DNA of 64,000 bases from Parcubacteria group bacterium LiPW_15 (GTDB lineage Bacteria > Patescibacteriota > Minisyncoccia > UBA6257 > 2-01-FULL-56-20). Every line of letters begins with the position of its first letter. Positions within the stretch are counted from its first letter, which is position 1. Where the stretch lies: positions 209,211 through 273,210 of the forward strand of contig VMER01000001.1 of the NCBI GenBank assembly GCA_007375645.1, read 5' to 3'. The notes beneath the pieces are model-generated. The model saw nothing but the letters and a program-made list of their open reading frames with translations. It was not told the origin of the DNA and ran no database searches. The translations under genes and the position numbers were made by a program. Shown one piece after another: positions 28,382-38,623 of the stretch.

Positions 28382-29202
28382 TTGTAAATACTATTGAAAC
28401 AAAATTATCATAACCCCGCCACCAGTCAGATAAAACGGAAACCTGTTTTTCAATAGGTGTGGGGATAAATTTTGATACAGTTTTTTCTGGTCCATTGCGT
28501 ATGTAAATCCTATTTAATTTTTGCCAAAAAAAGAAGCCTTCCGGTGGTCCCCGATTTGAAGTCGGGAAGAACCGGAAGGCTGTGGGCTACCATGCAGCGT
28601 TGTCGGGGAGTTTATCCCCCTCGGGCATGTGGAGTTCCCTCCAAGAACAAGGGACACACCTCACACACGGCTGCATACCCGTCGGCGAGCGAGACATAGT
28701 TTTTGATTTCTTGACCTACCCTTAGGGCGGCCTCTTTTTGTGCGAAGTCTCTGTCGCCGATTTCGAAGAGCTGGCCGATTATACCACAAACTTCCCGCAA
28801 AAATCCCTGGACCTATGTATCCCGAGGTCGCGGCGAGCAGGGTCACACGCCGTTACTCCCTCACATTTTCGCCGTGAGCAGCTAGCCAATTCGGTCGGGG
28901 GCCCGGCTGGGCTGCCCTCCTACCCTGATTCCTTCGAAGCCGACCGGGCATGGCCGAAGCCCATCAGGAACCATTACCGGAGAGTATAGCATGTCCCTAG
29001 AAAATGTCAACCCTGTCACCAGATCAAGCGCAATCGGCTTGTTTGCCCGACCAGTCTAACCCGCCTCAATAATCCGTCGCCTTCCCCAAAAAACATAAAA
29101 ATCATTTAATTTGCGCCGATACAAAAGGGCTAGCGCTTGGCTCGGTGCGGGGTCAACCCCGTCACCAAGTCGACTACCTACCACCTGCTACTTGCTACAT
29201 CA
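28382..29202. other. 820-bp ORF-free, relatively GC-rich intergenic region; candidate structured ncRNA(s)
   Basis: No ORF over 85 aa in six frames; hairpins throughout; 16-nt direct repeat GTCAACCC(T/C)GTCACCA at about 29017 and 29151. Confidence 0.3.
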
Positions 29203-30063
29203 CTAGTCTTTTTGATACAAAATAAAATCGACAAATCTCTCGAACGGAGATTTCTCCGGCAATTTGGCGTGCGCCGCCTTCGCGATATCTTTTAAATTAG
29301 CGCGCGCTTCTCTATAGCCTTCGGCAATTATGTCCGCGGTTTGGCCGAAATCCAACCAACTATGGTGGGTTACCGCAGGCTTCAAAATTACGTTTGCATC
29401 TTTCACGTGTTCCTTTGCCAATTGATACTCCGCAACCTGCAGAGAATTTTCTATCATAGAACGTATATTGGTCAGTTTTACCTCCTGTTCGAAAATATTT
29501 ACCCAGCGAGAAGAAACATCTACGGCGATGACTATATCCGCGCCCATCCTCCGAACAACATCCGCGGGGACGGGATTCGAAAACGCTCCGTCCACGAGAA
29601 GTTTCTCCCCTATCTTCACCGGCTTAAAAGCCAAGGGTAAGGAGCTCGAAGCTTTTATTGCCAAAGCGAGGCTCCCGGAATCCATAACGGTTTCCTCGCC
29701 ATTACTAACATCCGTGGCAATGGCCGCGAATTTAACATCGCATTTTTCTATCTGCCGGTGAGCAAGTTTCTTTTCCAGGCGCGACTGCATCTCTACATCA
29801 TTAAAAAGAACTCCGTCGCCCCGGGACATTATTTTCCTGGGCGAAAGGGTTCCCTTTTCTCCAAGTTTCAAAAATAGTTCTTCGAGTTCGCTAAGCGGAT
29901 GACCGGCGGCATACCAACCCCCGACGACCGAACCCATACTGGTACCGGCGATGATTTCCGGCTTTATCCCCGCCTCCAAAAGCGCTTTTAAAACGCCGAT
30001 ATGAGCGAGGCCTCTGGCGCCTCCTCCGCCCAGTGCGATTCCGATCTTTTTATTTTTACGCAT
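29203..30063 (-). CDS. Patatin-like phospholipase (RssA-like)
   Basis: GGGARG oxyanion hole, GTSMG serine nucleophile, DGA/G aspartate motif. Confidence 0.9.
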   Translation of the reverse strand: MRKNKKIGIALGGGGARGLAHIGVLKALLEAGIKPEIIAGTSMGSVVGGWYAAGHPLSELEELFLKLGEKGTLSPRKIMSRGDGVLFNDVEMQSRLEKKLAHRQIEKCDVKFAAIATDVSNGEETVMDSGSLALAIKASSSLPLAFKPVKIGEKLLVDGAFSNPVPADVVRRMGADIVIAVDVSSRWVNIFEQEVKLTNIRSMIENSLQVAEYQLAKEHVKDANVILKPAVTHHSWLDFGQTADIIAEGYREARANLKDIAKAAHAKLPEKSPFERFVDFILYQKD

Positions 30064-30224
30064 TGCTCTCTAATTTTATAACTTTTACGCGGAAAAAACA
30101 GGAGGCATGAATATTTTAAAAATGCTTGTTTTCTATACCACAAGAGACGTAGAATGTGGACGAATCTGCCACATCGGCAATGATTCAAGTTCCTTCACAA
30201 TAAAAAGAAGAAAGGAGGCGGGTT

Positions 30225-32927
30225 ATGGAACTCCGCGCAGGAACGACGCTGGTCACAGCGTCCGATCTCGTGAGCATTCCGAACCAGTCTCCTCAATTCA
30301 GAGACTGGGCTTGGTATCAGCTAAACTTCGCCCCCGAGCACCTGGACGACATCGTTTCGGCCCTTCTTCAAAAGGATAAGGGCACGAATGTCCGGGAAGC
30401 CCTGGAATATCTGAATGACTTCCTCGGCGGACACCCCGCTACCGGCGAACGCCTGAACGCAAGCGACATCACCGGAGAGAATACCCAGAGCGCGTTGTTC
30501 AAAAAACTGCGCGTTCTGCTCGGCAAGGATTCCGGCGCGACTAACCCGGATGTTTATCGTTTTCTGGGACAAGTCGGCCATAAATTCATGCCGCTATTCC
30601 TCGGAAGTCAGCGGTTCCCAAGAACCGAATACAAGTTTGGCGGGCCGCTGGCCCAACGATCCCTGTTTCAGAAGCTGGTAGACGAGGAAGACGGACAAAA
30701 AATCCTCTTCCCGTTCCTTGCCGACCAACAGTTTGCCAAATCGGAAATCAAAGATCCGAACCGATCGCAACTGCGGCAGAGCTATGCTCTCTGGAAAAGG
30801 ATCGCGGAGAACGTCAAAGACCACAGCCTGACAGAACTGTACTCCAAACACGGACCAAAGCTCGACCGGCTGACCAGGATGTTGAAGCGAGAGTTTGCTC
30901 CCTATTCCTCGGAACTCGAGGCGCAAAGGGATGCAAAGTCCGAACTCGTGACTCTGAGCCTGATGAGCTGGGTGAGCGCCGTCGAACTCAAAGAACGGCA
31001 GCCCCGCATTTTCTTCACGGAGATACCGGTCCTCGACCGGCATCATCGGCTCGGAGCTTGGAGGATCGATGCCGCAGAAGTACGAACCATTGAAGGCAAA
31101 GCGCCGACGCCCAAACAAAGGGCTAAGCTCAGGGAACTCAGCCTCACTCGGTTCACTTCTGTTGGCCATCTGCTCCAATCGCTTATCTCCTTCTTTGGAG
31201 AAGAGCTGGAGCTCGGCATCTGGGACTGGAAGTTCGCGATTGGCGACGGCGCCCCAAAGCGCGTCATCGATCCGAGAACCATGGTTCAGGATGTTCTCGC
31301 GGAACACACGCGCCAGATACAGCGATATCTGATGCTCGGGAGCCTGGACTGCCACTTAACCGGGCGGCCCCGCGCGAAAACTCTCTGGCATGACGACTAT
31401 TTCTTGCGCGGAACTCTGGCATATTTCTTCCCGACGCATCGGCCGATACTCGAGCAAATAGTCATGACTCCGGAATTGCACAAACAGATCTTCGAAGAAG
31501 AAGTGTTGATGCGATTCGGGAGTGCGAAACAGCGCGCGAAGCTAAGAGAACTGACGAGCCAAGTAGTCGGCAACGTCTTCGCTCTCTGGAACGGAAACGG
31601 AAAGCCGAAGAACGGTTCCGCGCATAAGCCAACCCCGCAAGTATCGCTTTTTGAAGAGCCCTCCGACAAACCGCGTTCTGCTCTTCATTACGTTGAGCAG
31701 ATGCAAAAACCGATTTTCCTCGAAGGCTCGCACGGGCTTCTGGAGGTCGTGGGGCTCGGTGAGGGCGGACGCAAGCGTTACGAACTCCGCCTGGACACGA
31801 TGCTCAAACGGATCGAGGAAGGCGTGATCTCCGGACGAAATATCGGGCAGGGCTGGCTCATTTCCTGTCCGCATCCGGATCACGACGACTCTACGCCGTC
31901 TTGCGCGGTCTATCTCACCGGACACTTTCACTGCTTTGGATGCAAGAACTCCGGCAAGATCGCGGCTGGTTCAATTCCAAAAAATATTGAGCTTGTCCCC
32001 GATCTGCGGCAACAGCACGAGCGAATGCGCCAAGGCACAACGAATGCTCTGGTTCCGGAAAGACATCGCGAGGTCATGCGCACCGTTCAGGCCCATCTCT
32101 CCGCCAAGTTCAGAAACAGTCCGGCCGAACGATATCTTGCGCATGAGCGCCGTCTGGATCCGGAACTTGCCGCGTCTTTTGGCGCCGGATACGGCAGCAA
32201 CGAACTCATTTTGGATCTGCTCCAAGACGGCGTAAGCTACGAGGAGCTTATCCATTACGGTCTGGTGGGAATCTCACCAAAAATGAAACCCTCCAGCCTC
32301 TTGATTCGATCATTACTCCAGAAAGGCTATTCTTTAGAGAGCCTCGGCAGGGAGCTAAAAGTACCGGGCGGCAAAAACGTCTCGGGCCTCCCCTATCCTT
32401 CGCTCTCGAACCGGATAACCTTCCCACTCATGACCGAAAGCTGGGTAACCAGCGTGTACGGAAGGGCCATCTATGCTTGCGACAAGCAATTCTCGCATCG
32501 CAAGCTCACCATTAAGTACACGGGCGTTCCCCACGGCGCTTTCAATGTGGCCGCGCTTAACGCGCCCGGTAATGATCTCATCGTTACCGAAGGCGTGATG
32601 GACGCGCTCTCCCTGATCGAAGCCGGAGTGCCGAACACGCTCGCGCTCATCGGGGTTCAGAACACCGTAATCCTCGAAGCCCTGGAACGGTCGCGCAAGA
32701 AGCTTTGGATCGCGCTCGACATCGACGAAAATAAGTCGGGACAGAACGCGACCGCAAAGATAATCGAACGATTCAGGTCGCGCGGCGTGCCCGTGGGCGA
32801 CTTTACCGCCAAGTTCGCCGCAAGACTCACCGAACAGTACAAGGACTACAACGCCTGGTGGCAGGCATCCGGCCGTCATCTTTCTCTTAACGACCGGGCA
32901 GCTCTTCTCGCTCTTTCCGAAGCGTGA
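30225..32927 (+). CDS. DnaG-like primase-family protein: CHC2 zinc finger plus TOPRIM fused to an unknown 500-aa N-terminal domain (high-GC cassette)
   Basis: CPHPDHDDSTPSCAVYLTGHFHCFGCKNSG is a DnaG-type zinc ribbon; VTEGVMDALSL...ALDIDENKSG is TOPRIM; AAGGAGG RBS; hairpin terminator at about 32930-32960. Confidence 0.72.
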   Translation: MELRAGTTLVTASDLVSIPNQSPQFRDWAWYQLNFAPEHLDDIVSALLQKDKGTNVREALEYLNDFLGGHPATGERLNASDITGENTQSALFKKLRVLLGKDSGATNPDVYRFLGQVGHKFMPLFLGSQRFPRTEYKFGGPLAQRSLFQKLVDEEDGQKILFPFLADQQFAKSEIKDPNRSQLRQSYALWKRIAENVKDHSLTELYSKHGPKLDRLTRMLKREFAPYSSELEAQRDAKSELVTLSLMSWVSAVELKERQPRIFFTEIPVLDRHHRLGAWRIDAAEVRTIEGKAPTPKQRAKLRELSLTRFTSVGHLLQSLISFFGEELELGIWDWKFAIGDGAPKRVIDPRTMVQDVLAEHTRQIQRYLMLGSLDCHLTGRPRAKTLWHDDYFLRGTLAYFFPTHRPILEQIVMTPELHKQIFEEEVLMRFGSAKQRAKLRELTSQVVGNVFALWNGNGKPKNGSAHKPTPQVSLFEEPSDKPRSALHYVEQMQKPIFLEGSHGLLEVVGLGEGGRKRYELRLDTMLKRIEEGVISGRNIGQGWLISCPHPDHDDSTPSCAVYLTGHFHCFGCKNSGKIAAGSIPKNIELVPDLRQQHERMRQGTTNALVPERHREVMRTVQAHLSAKFRNSPAERYLAHERRLDPELAASFGAGYGSNELILDLLQDGVSYEELIHYGLVGISPKMKPSSLLIRSLLQKGYSLESLGRELKVPGGKNVSGLPYPSLSNRITFPLMTESWVTSVYGRAIYACDKQFSHRKLTIKYTGVPHGAFNVAALNAPGNDLIVTEGVMDALSLIEAGVPNTLALIGVQNTVILEALERSRKKLWIALDIDENKSGQNATAKIIERFRSRGVPVGDFTAKFAARLTEQYKDYNAWWQASGRHLSLNDRAALLALSEA

Positions 32928-32973
32928 TTCCCCTCCCGGGGAACCACGCTTCTTTTTTTATTTCAAAATAATT

Positions 32974-35511
32974 TTACTTTCCCTGTTTAAGCACGTGGCG
33001 AAGATACTGAGCCGTAAAACTCTTTGGATTTCTCGCTACTTCTTCCGGCGTTCCCTGGGCGACAATTTCTCCTCCCCTTTCTCCGCCCTCGGGCCCGAGA
33101 TCGATAACCCAGTCCGCGCTTTTAATGACATCCAAATTATGTTCAATGACTACCACGGTGTTCCCCCGGTCCACCAAGCGCTGTAAAACAACGAGAAGCT
33201 GCTCGATGTCCGCAAAGTGAAGTCCGGTGGTCGGCTCATCCAAAAGATAAAGTGTTTTGCGGGTATCACGCTTGCCGAGTTCCGCTGCGAGCTTAACGCG
33301 TTGCGCCTCTCCGCCCGAAAGCGTGGTCGCGGATTGTCCGAGCTCCAGATAACCCAAGCCGACTTCTTCCAGAATACTCAATCGGTCTTTAAGCCACGGA
33401 ATGTCGTCGAAAAACTTGTGCGCCTCTTCGATGGTCATCTTAAGAATGTCGTAAATATTCTTTCCTTTGTATTCCACCTCCAATGTTTCCCTATCAAACC
33501 GCTTTCCCTTACAAATATCGCACTCCACGTAGACCGTGGGCAGAAAATGCATTTCGATAGCTAAGGTCCCATGGCCTTCGCAGTTTTCACAGCGTCCGCC
33601 GGGCACGTTGAAGCTGAACCGGCCCGGTTTATAACCTCGAACTCTCGCATCTTCGGTAGTCGCGAAAAGATCCCGGATAAAAGTCCAAGCGCCGACGTAA
33701 GTGGCCGGATTGGACCGCGGAGTGCGGCCTATCGCTCCCTGGTCGATATTAATGACCCTGTTCATATATTCCAATCCCAGAATGGATTTTACCGCTCCGG
33801 TCTTGATGCCTTCTCCAAGCTCATGGAATTTGCGGGCGATGTTTCTATGAAGCACGTCATAAACCAACGTGGATTTTCCGGAACCGGAAACACCGGTCAC
33901 GGCCGTAAACCTCCCGAGCGGAATATCCACATTTATATTTTTTAAATTATTGGCCGAAGCTCCGCGTATCTTTATCGCTTCTTTGTCCTTGGAAACTTTT
34001 CTTCGGATTTCGGGAATTTCTATCTCCCGCTTCCCGCGCAAAAAATCCAAGGTGAGCGAGTTTTGAGTCTTGTCTTTAAGCAGTTCCGGCATCGGTCCTT
34101 GGGCAATGACCCTGCCGCCGTGCACGCCCGCCCCCGGCCCGAAGTCCACCAAATAATCCGCGGAACGGATAGTATCCTCATCATGCTCCACTACGATCAC
34201 GGTATTTCCCAGATCCCGCAGTTTCTCGAGTGTTTGAATGAGTTTCGCGTTATCTCTCTGGTGCAAACCAATAGTCGGCTCATCCAATATATAGAGAGTT
34301 CCAACCAGCCTGGAACCTATCTGGGATGCCAGGCGAATACGCTGAGCCTCCCCGCCCGAAAGCGTACCGGCCTTGCGGCCCAAAGTCAGATAATCCAAAC
34401 CCACATCCAAAAGAAATTTCAGTCTGGCTTTGATCTCCCGAAGAGGCGCCTCGGAAACTTCTTTAAACCTTTCGTTGCGATTCGAGAAGCTCATGTCGCC
34501 GAAGAATTTGTTGGCTTCTTCGATGGACATATTTACCACTGAATTTATATTTTTGTCTTTGACCAAAACGCTCAAAGCTTCTTTTTTTAAACGCTTACCT
34601 TCGCAAACGTCGCAAAGGTCTTCGGACCAAAGTTCTTTGACGCCCAAACCGTGGCAGGTCTCACAAGCGCCGTAAGGGCTGTTGAAAGAAAATAACCGCG
34701 GTTCGATCTCCGGGAACGAAAAACCGTCGTTGGGGCAGGTGAATTGCGCGGAAAGCGAAACCTCTTTATCGGTTAAGACAGTCAAAACGTTCTTACCGTA
34801 TTTCAAGGCGGATTCCACCGCTTCCGCGAGGCGCAAGCGGTTGTCTTTATCTTTAAAATCCATCCCGCCCGGAATTCTGTCGACTACAAGTTCAATGGTG
34901 TGCTGTTTGTAGCGCGCGAGCTCGATCCGCTCATGAAGCGAATGCATTTTGCCATCCACGCGGACCTCTCTGAAGCCGGCGTTTAAAAGATCGTAAAGCG
35001 TTTGATAATATTCTCCCTTTCTTCCGCGGATCACAGGCGCCAAGATCAAAAGATTATTTTTCTTCTTGTCCTCTTTGGAAATTTGAATGACTGCGTCCAC
35101 GATCTCTTCATTGGTCATCTTGCGAATTTCCGTTCCGCACTCCGGACAATGAGGAGTTCCCGCGCGCGCGAAAAGTACGCGCAGATAATCATAAATTTCG
35201 GTGATGGTCGCGACCGTGGAACGAGGATTCGAAGAATGGCTTTTCTGGTCAATAGAAATCGCCGGAGACAATCCTTCTATCTCATCCACGTCCGGTTTCT
35301 CGAATCTTCCCAAAAATTGTCTGGCGTAAGCAGAAAGGGATTCTATATATCGCCTCTGTCCTTCGGCAAAAATGGTATCAAAAGCCAAACTGGATTTTCC
35401 CGAGCCGGATAGTCCCGTCAAAACGGTCATCTTATCCCGCGGAATTTCCAGGTTTATGTTTTTGAGATTGTGCTCTCTGGCTCCTCTTATTTTGATTTTG
35501 TCTTGTGCCAT
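32974..35511 (-). CDS. uvrA: Excinuclease ABC subunit A (UvrA, compact 845-aa form)
   Basis: Two ABC ATPase modules ([18 protein letters not shown]) and zinc-finger Cys motifs. Confidence 0.95.
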   Translation of the reverse strand: MAQDKIKIRGAREHNLKNINLEIPRDKMTVLTGLSGSGKSSLAFDTIFAEGQRRYIESLSAYARQFLGRFEKPDVDEIEGLSPAISIDQKSHSSNPRSTVATITEIYDYLRVLFARAGTPHCPECGTEIRKMTNEEIVDAVIQISKEDKKKNNLLILAPVIRGRKGEYYQTLYDLLNAGFREVRVDGKMHSLHERIELARYKQHTIELVVDRIPGGMDFKDKDNRLRLAEAVESALKYGKNVLTVLTDKEVSLSAQFTCPNDGFSFPEIEPRLFSFNSPYGACETCHGLGVKELWSEDLCDVCEGKRLKKEALSVLVKDKNINSVVNMSIEEANKFFGDMSFSNRNERFKEVSEAPLREIKARLKFLLDVGLDYLTLGRKAGTLSGGEAQRIRLASQIGSRLVGTLYILDEPTIGLHQRDNAKLIQTLEKLRDLGNTVIVVEHDEDTIRSADYLVDFGPGAGVHGGRVIAQGPMPELLKDKTQNSLTLDFLRGKREIEIPEIRRKVSKDKEAIKIRGASANNLKNINVDIPLGRFTAVTGVSGSGKSTLVYDVLHRNIARKFHELGEGIKTGAVKSILGLEYMNRVINIDQGAIGRTPRSNPATYVGAWTFIRDLFATTEDARVRGYKPGRFSFNVPGGRCENCEGHGTLAIEMHFLPTVYVECDICKGKRFDRETLEVEYKGKNIYDILKMTIEEAHKFFDDIPWLKDRLSILEEVGLGYLELGQSATTLSGGEAQRVKLAAELGKRDTRKTLYLLDEPTTGLHFADIEQLLVVLQRLVDRGNTVVVIEHNLDVIKSADWVIDLGPEGGERGGEIVAQGTPEEVARNPKSFTAQYLRHVLKQGK

Positions 35512-35617
35512 TTTGTTTATAAATCCATAAAGTCCCCCGCTGGCGGGGTTCTTAGGGGGTCACAAGCGAGAGTCTAGCATATGTAATAAAAATAGAAAGC
35601 CGCCACGGAACTAAAAA

Positions 35618-35645
35618 CCCGGACTAGTCCACTGGACTGTCCGGG
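35618..35645. repeat. Palindromic hairpin element CCCGGACTAGTCCACTGGACTGTCCGGG (same family as 26973)
   Basis: Seen directly. Confidence 0.45.
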
Positions 35646-35791
35646 CCTTTAATGAGCCCCGAGCCTCTATACCAATATTGCTATTGCGTGACGTTCACCT
35701 TACGGATCTGCCTTCTGTGCTCGGAGCTCACCTACAACATAACTCCCCCATTCGGGCTTAAAAGACCCATTTATGCACAGCGCTAAAATGT

Positions 35792-35820
35792 TTGACATTA
35801 TGACTAAAACATTATACTAT
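35792..35820 (+). promoter_or_regulatory. Near-consensus sigma70 promoter TTGACA-17-TACTAT upstream of the collagen-like gene
   Basis: Sequence match; about 170 nt upstream of the 35993 start. Confidence 0.5.
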
Positions 35821-35992
35821 CTGTGTGCTAGAAAAAAGGGCGGATTTAGGTCAACCCTTATTGCACCTCGAAAAGAAAGCGAAAGGAGAGATGGAATGGT
35901 GAGTTGAGAATCTAACTTCAACCGCCGCTCTAAGTCCCTATCCGATCGTCTCAAACCCCGATCTGAAACGAATTCTACAAAAGGAGAAAAAA

Positions 35993-37642
35993 GTGAACAT
36001 CATCAAGAAGTTCACGGTTCTCGTGGCTCTCGCACTCCTCGTCTGCACCGGGACGGCCTACGCGGCCGATCCGCCGCGTCATCCCGTTCCCGTCGGTGAA
36101 CCCGAAGACGCCACAACCGTCATCGGGCACCAAGGGCGCACGGAGCTGCCCTTTCCGAACCCCGCCAACAACACCCTGTACAAGGCGCTGATCGGTGGGC
36201 CGTGTTGGCTCATCGACACCAGACTGGACTCGAAGTTCGACCCGCCGTACGGAAACAAGTCGGGTCAGCTCGGCGACTTCGTTTCCGGCGAGTCGAGGGC
36301 GTACCGCTTCGGCGGTCACCTGCTCGATCTGCCGCTCACGAACCCGTGCAACGACCTGATTCCGAGTTCCGGCGTCGTCGCCCTCAACCTGGAAGTCCAC
36401 ATCTACACGAACGGCCTCGTACCAGGCGGAGTGTTCTTCGAGAACACCCGCTTCGTCCCCGAACTGTGGTCGGCAACGGCGCAGGTCGGGCAGACAGCCT
36501 TCCTGATCTACGAGAAGGACAAGCTCAGCGACTTCATGCCCGGCTTGGTCCAGATCGGCCCCGCTTCGATATACGAACTCGGCGGCCAGTCCTTCCGGCT
36601 GAAGAACGTCGGGAACAGCATCGACGTCGCCGTGAAGATCAATGGCTACTTCACCGAGGACAAGACCGTCGGCAAGGGTGGTCCGGCCGGCAAGGACGGC
36701 GTGTCCTGTTCCGTCGTGCAGACCAACGACCTGTCCTATAAGATGACCTGCGGTGACAAGATCGTCGCCGAATGGTGGTCCGGCAAGGACGGCAAGCCCG
36801 GCCTCAGCGGCCCGCAGGGAGAACCCGGACCCGTTGGCCCGCAGGGGAAACCCGGACTGAACGGTGGCCCGGGACCTCAGGGCCCCATCGGACCCACGGG
36901 ACAGACCGGAGCTACCGGACCGCAGGGACCCATCGGCCCCACGGGAGCGACCGGACAGACCGGACCCATCGGACCGATCGGACCCACCGGTGCCACGGGA
37001 GCAGTCGGACCCATCGGACCGCAGGGACCCATCGGACCCACAGGGCAAACCGGAGCTACCGGACCCATCGGACCGATCGGACCCACCGGTGCCACGGGAG
37101 CAGTCGGACCCATCGGCCCCATCGGACCCACGGGAGCAACCGGACAGACTGGCCCCGCTGGCCCGACTGGCGCTACCGGACCCATCGGCCCCATCGGTGC
37201 CACCGGCCTGACCGGACCGCAGGGCCCTCAGGGAAATCCAGGACCACAGGGGCAGAAGGGTGACACCGGCAATACCGGTCCAGCGGGACCCATCGGCCTC
37301 ACTGGCCCGGGTGGCCCCGCTGGCCCAATCGGACCCATCGGCCCCGCGGGTCCGCAGGGACCCCCAGGCGTCTGCGCCTGCCCGATCTCGTCCGGCACCA
37401 TCGTCTTGAACTGCCCCAGCGCGCCGGAACCGGAAATCAACGGCCGCGAACCGAACTGCGTAACCTGCGCGAAGACGGTGAGCAACGCCGACATCAAGTC
37501 CTGGAGCAACGTCATCTGCTCCTACTCCGGCGGCCCTCTCGCGAGTGACGCGATTCCCTGTCGCGTATACAACGTCCAGAACGGCTCCTTCAAGGTGGAA
37601 GGAATGGCCGGACAGACCATCACCTGGATGGCCAAGAACTGA
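35993..37642 (+). CDS. Secreted collagen-like protein: signal peptide, about 240-aa globular domain, about 190 aa of G-X-Y triplets, Cys-rich C-terminal domain
   Basis: GTG start after AAGGAG; signal [16 protein letters not shown]; about 60 contiguous Gly-X-Y triplets ([16 protein letters not shown]...); 8 Cys in the C-terminal 90 aa; high GC. Confidence 0.8.
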   Translation: MNIIKKFTVLVALALLVCTGTAYAADPPRHPVPVGEPEDATTVIGHQGRTELPFPNPANNTLYKALIGGPCWLIDTRLDSKFDPPYGNKSGQLGDFVSGESRAYRFGGHLLDLPLTNPCNDLIPSSGVVALNLEVHIYTNGLVPGGVFFENTRFVPELWSATAQVGQTAFLIYEKDKLSDFMPGLVQIGPASIYELGGQSFRLKNVGNSIDVAVKINGYFTEDKTVGKGGPAGKDGVSCSVVQTNDLSYKMTCGDKIVAEWWSGKDGKPGLSGPQGEPGPVGPQGKPGLNGGPGPQGPIGPTGQTGATGPQGPIGPTGATGQTGPIGPIGPTGATGAVGPIGPQGPIGPTGQTGATGPIGPIGPTGATGAVGPIGPIGPTGATGQTGPAGPTGATGPIGPIGATGLTGPQGPQGNPGPQGQKGDTGNTGPAGPIGLTGPGGPAGPIGPIGPAGPQGPPGVCACPISSGTIVLNCPSAPEPEINGREPNCVTCAKTVSNADIKSWSNVICSYSGGPLASDAIPCRVYNVQNGSFKVEGMAGQTITWMAKN

Positions 37643-37672
37643 TCTCCTTTCGTCGACAGTCATCGCTCTTTC

Positions 37673-37700
37673 GCGGGCCCTTCGGGGCCCGCCTTTTTTT
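37673..37700 (+). terminator. Intrinsic terminator GCGGGCCCTTCGGGGCCCGC plus T7
   Basis: Seen directly. Confidence 0.6.
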
Positions 37701-37793
37701 GACAAAATTATTTAAAACAGGCATCATTTTGCGAGCGAACGCAACTTGATTCCTGAACGGGCAATATCGCCCACAAACAGAAGGAGAGAAAAA

Positions 37794-38573
37794 GTGAACA
37801 TCATCCGGAGACTCGCGATCCTCATCGCTCTCGCACTCCTCGTCATCGCCGGAACCGGCTACGCAGAGGATCCGACCGCCAGCCCGAGCACGTACTTCAA
37901 CCTCCTGCCCCGGCAGAATCCGTTCGAAGTGCCGGCCCAGAACACGAAACTCAGCCTCGAGCTTCCGTTCGGAGATCGGCGCGAGGTCGTGTACGTTCCG
38001 ATGAAGGCGTGCGTCCTGACCGGTCCCAGTTCCAACTGGTTCGTCGACAAGGAAACCAGGGTCTACTTCGCGGGCAACTGCGGAGGAGTTCCCGAAACCG
38101 CCGAGCATCTGTTCATCCGGGTCACTGCCATCGGCGTGAACATCCAGGACTACGGCTGGGACTTTCCGGGTGCCGGTTTCTACACGACGACACCGAACAG
38201 CGCGTCCACCGAGACAGGCACCCTCTACGGCGGCTGGGTCCAGGCAATCGTTTTCGTGCAGAGAGCCGGACAAGTCGAAACCGGAGCAGCCATCGTGGAG
38301 CTCAAGCTGTTTCAGGCTTCGGGTTTCGCCATGCGCAAAGGATTCGAGCTCGAGCTCAAGTACGGCGAAGCCTACGCGATCGTGGAAGTCGTGGGCTACA
38401 CGTTGCCCAAGACAGCGAAATCGACCGGCCTCTCATGGAAAGGCGTCAGGCTCCCCCACGTGAAGTACACGGTGAACGACCTCGTGACGGACGAGAAGGG
38501 CCTCAGGGTCTGCGTCGGCGCGAACGAAAACGGCTGCACCATCTGGGAAACGATGGTGCCGATGAAATACTAG
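37794..38573 (+). CDS. Secreted hypothetical protein, paralogous leader to the collagen-like gene (no collagen region)
   Basis: GTG start after GAAGGAGAG; N-terminus VNIIRRLAILIALALLVIAGTGYAEDP versus [27 protein letters not shown] in the upstream gene. Confidence 0.62.
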   Translation: MNIIRRLAILIALALLVIAGTGYAEDPTASPSTYFNLLPRQNPFEVPAQNTKLSLELPFGDRREVVYVPMKACVLTGPSSNWFVDKETRVYFAGNCGGVPETAEHLFIRVTAIGVNIQDYGWDFPGAGFYTTTPNSASTETGTLYGGWVQAIVFVQRAGQVETGAAIVELKLFQASGFAMRKGFELELKYGEAYAIVEVVGYTLPKTAKSTGLSWKGVRLPHVKYTVNDLVTDEKGLRVCVGANENGCTIWETMVPMKY

Positions 38574-38593
38574 CTCTTTCGAACGAAACTCGA

Positions 38594-38623
38594 AGGGCCC
38601 CTCGCGGGGGGCCCTCTTTTTTT
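38594..38623. terminator. Bidirectional intrinsic terminator GGGCCCCTCGCGGGGGGCCC plus T-run
   Basis: Seen directly; overlaps the stop of 38622..39326. Confidence 0.55.

Noticed and set aside
28382-29202. RNase P RNA or tmRNA assignment for the 820-bp noncoding block
   Set aside because: Neither strand contains the P4 GGAAAGUCCGG / ACAGAAcCCGGCUUA pair, a GGUAAGAGCGCACC-like element, or a tmRNA 5' GGGG acceptor with a matching 3' T-arm-ACCA end; left as unclassified.
36790-37370. Short-period DNA repeats that might be mistaken for a CRISPR array or VNTR
   Set aside because: The 9-bp GGN-CCN-NNN periodicity is the coding sequence of Gly-X-Y collagen triplets; there are no spacer/repeat alternations of CRISPR size and no cas genes.
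35975-37705. 576-aa minus-strand ORF and several 95-180-aa ORFs (36202..36741, 36772..37263, 36864..37211, 36877..37203, 37228..37515) overlapping the collagen-like gene
   Set aside because: Artefacts of the GGN-CCN triplet periodicity (Gly/Pro/Arg/Ser-rich translations). The plus-strand frame has an RBS, signal peptide, globular domains and a terminator.
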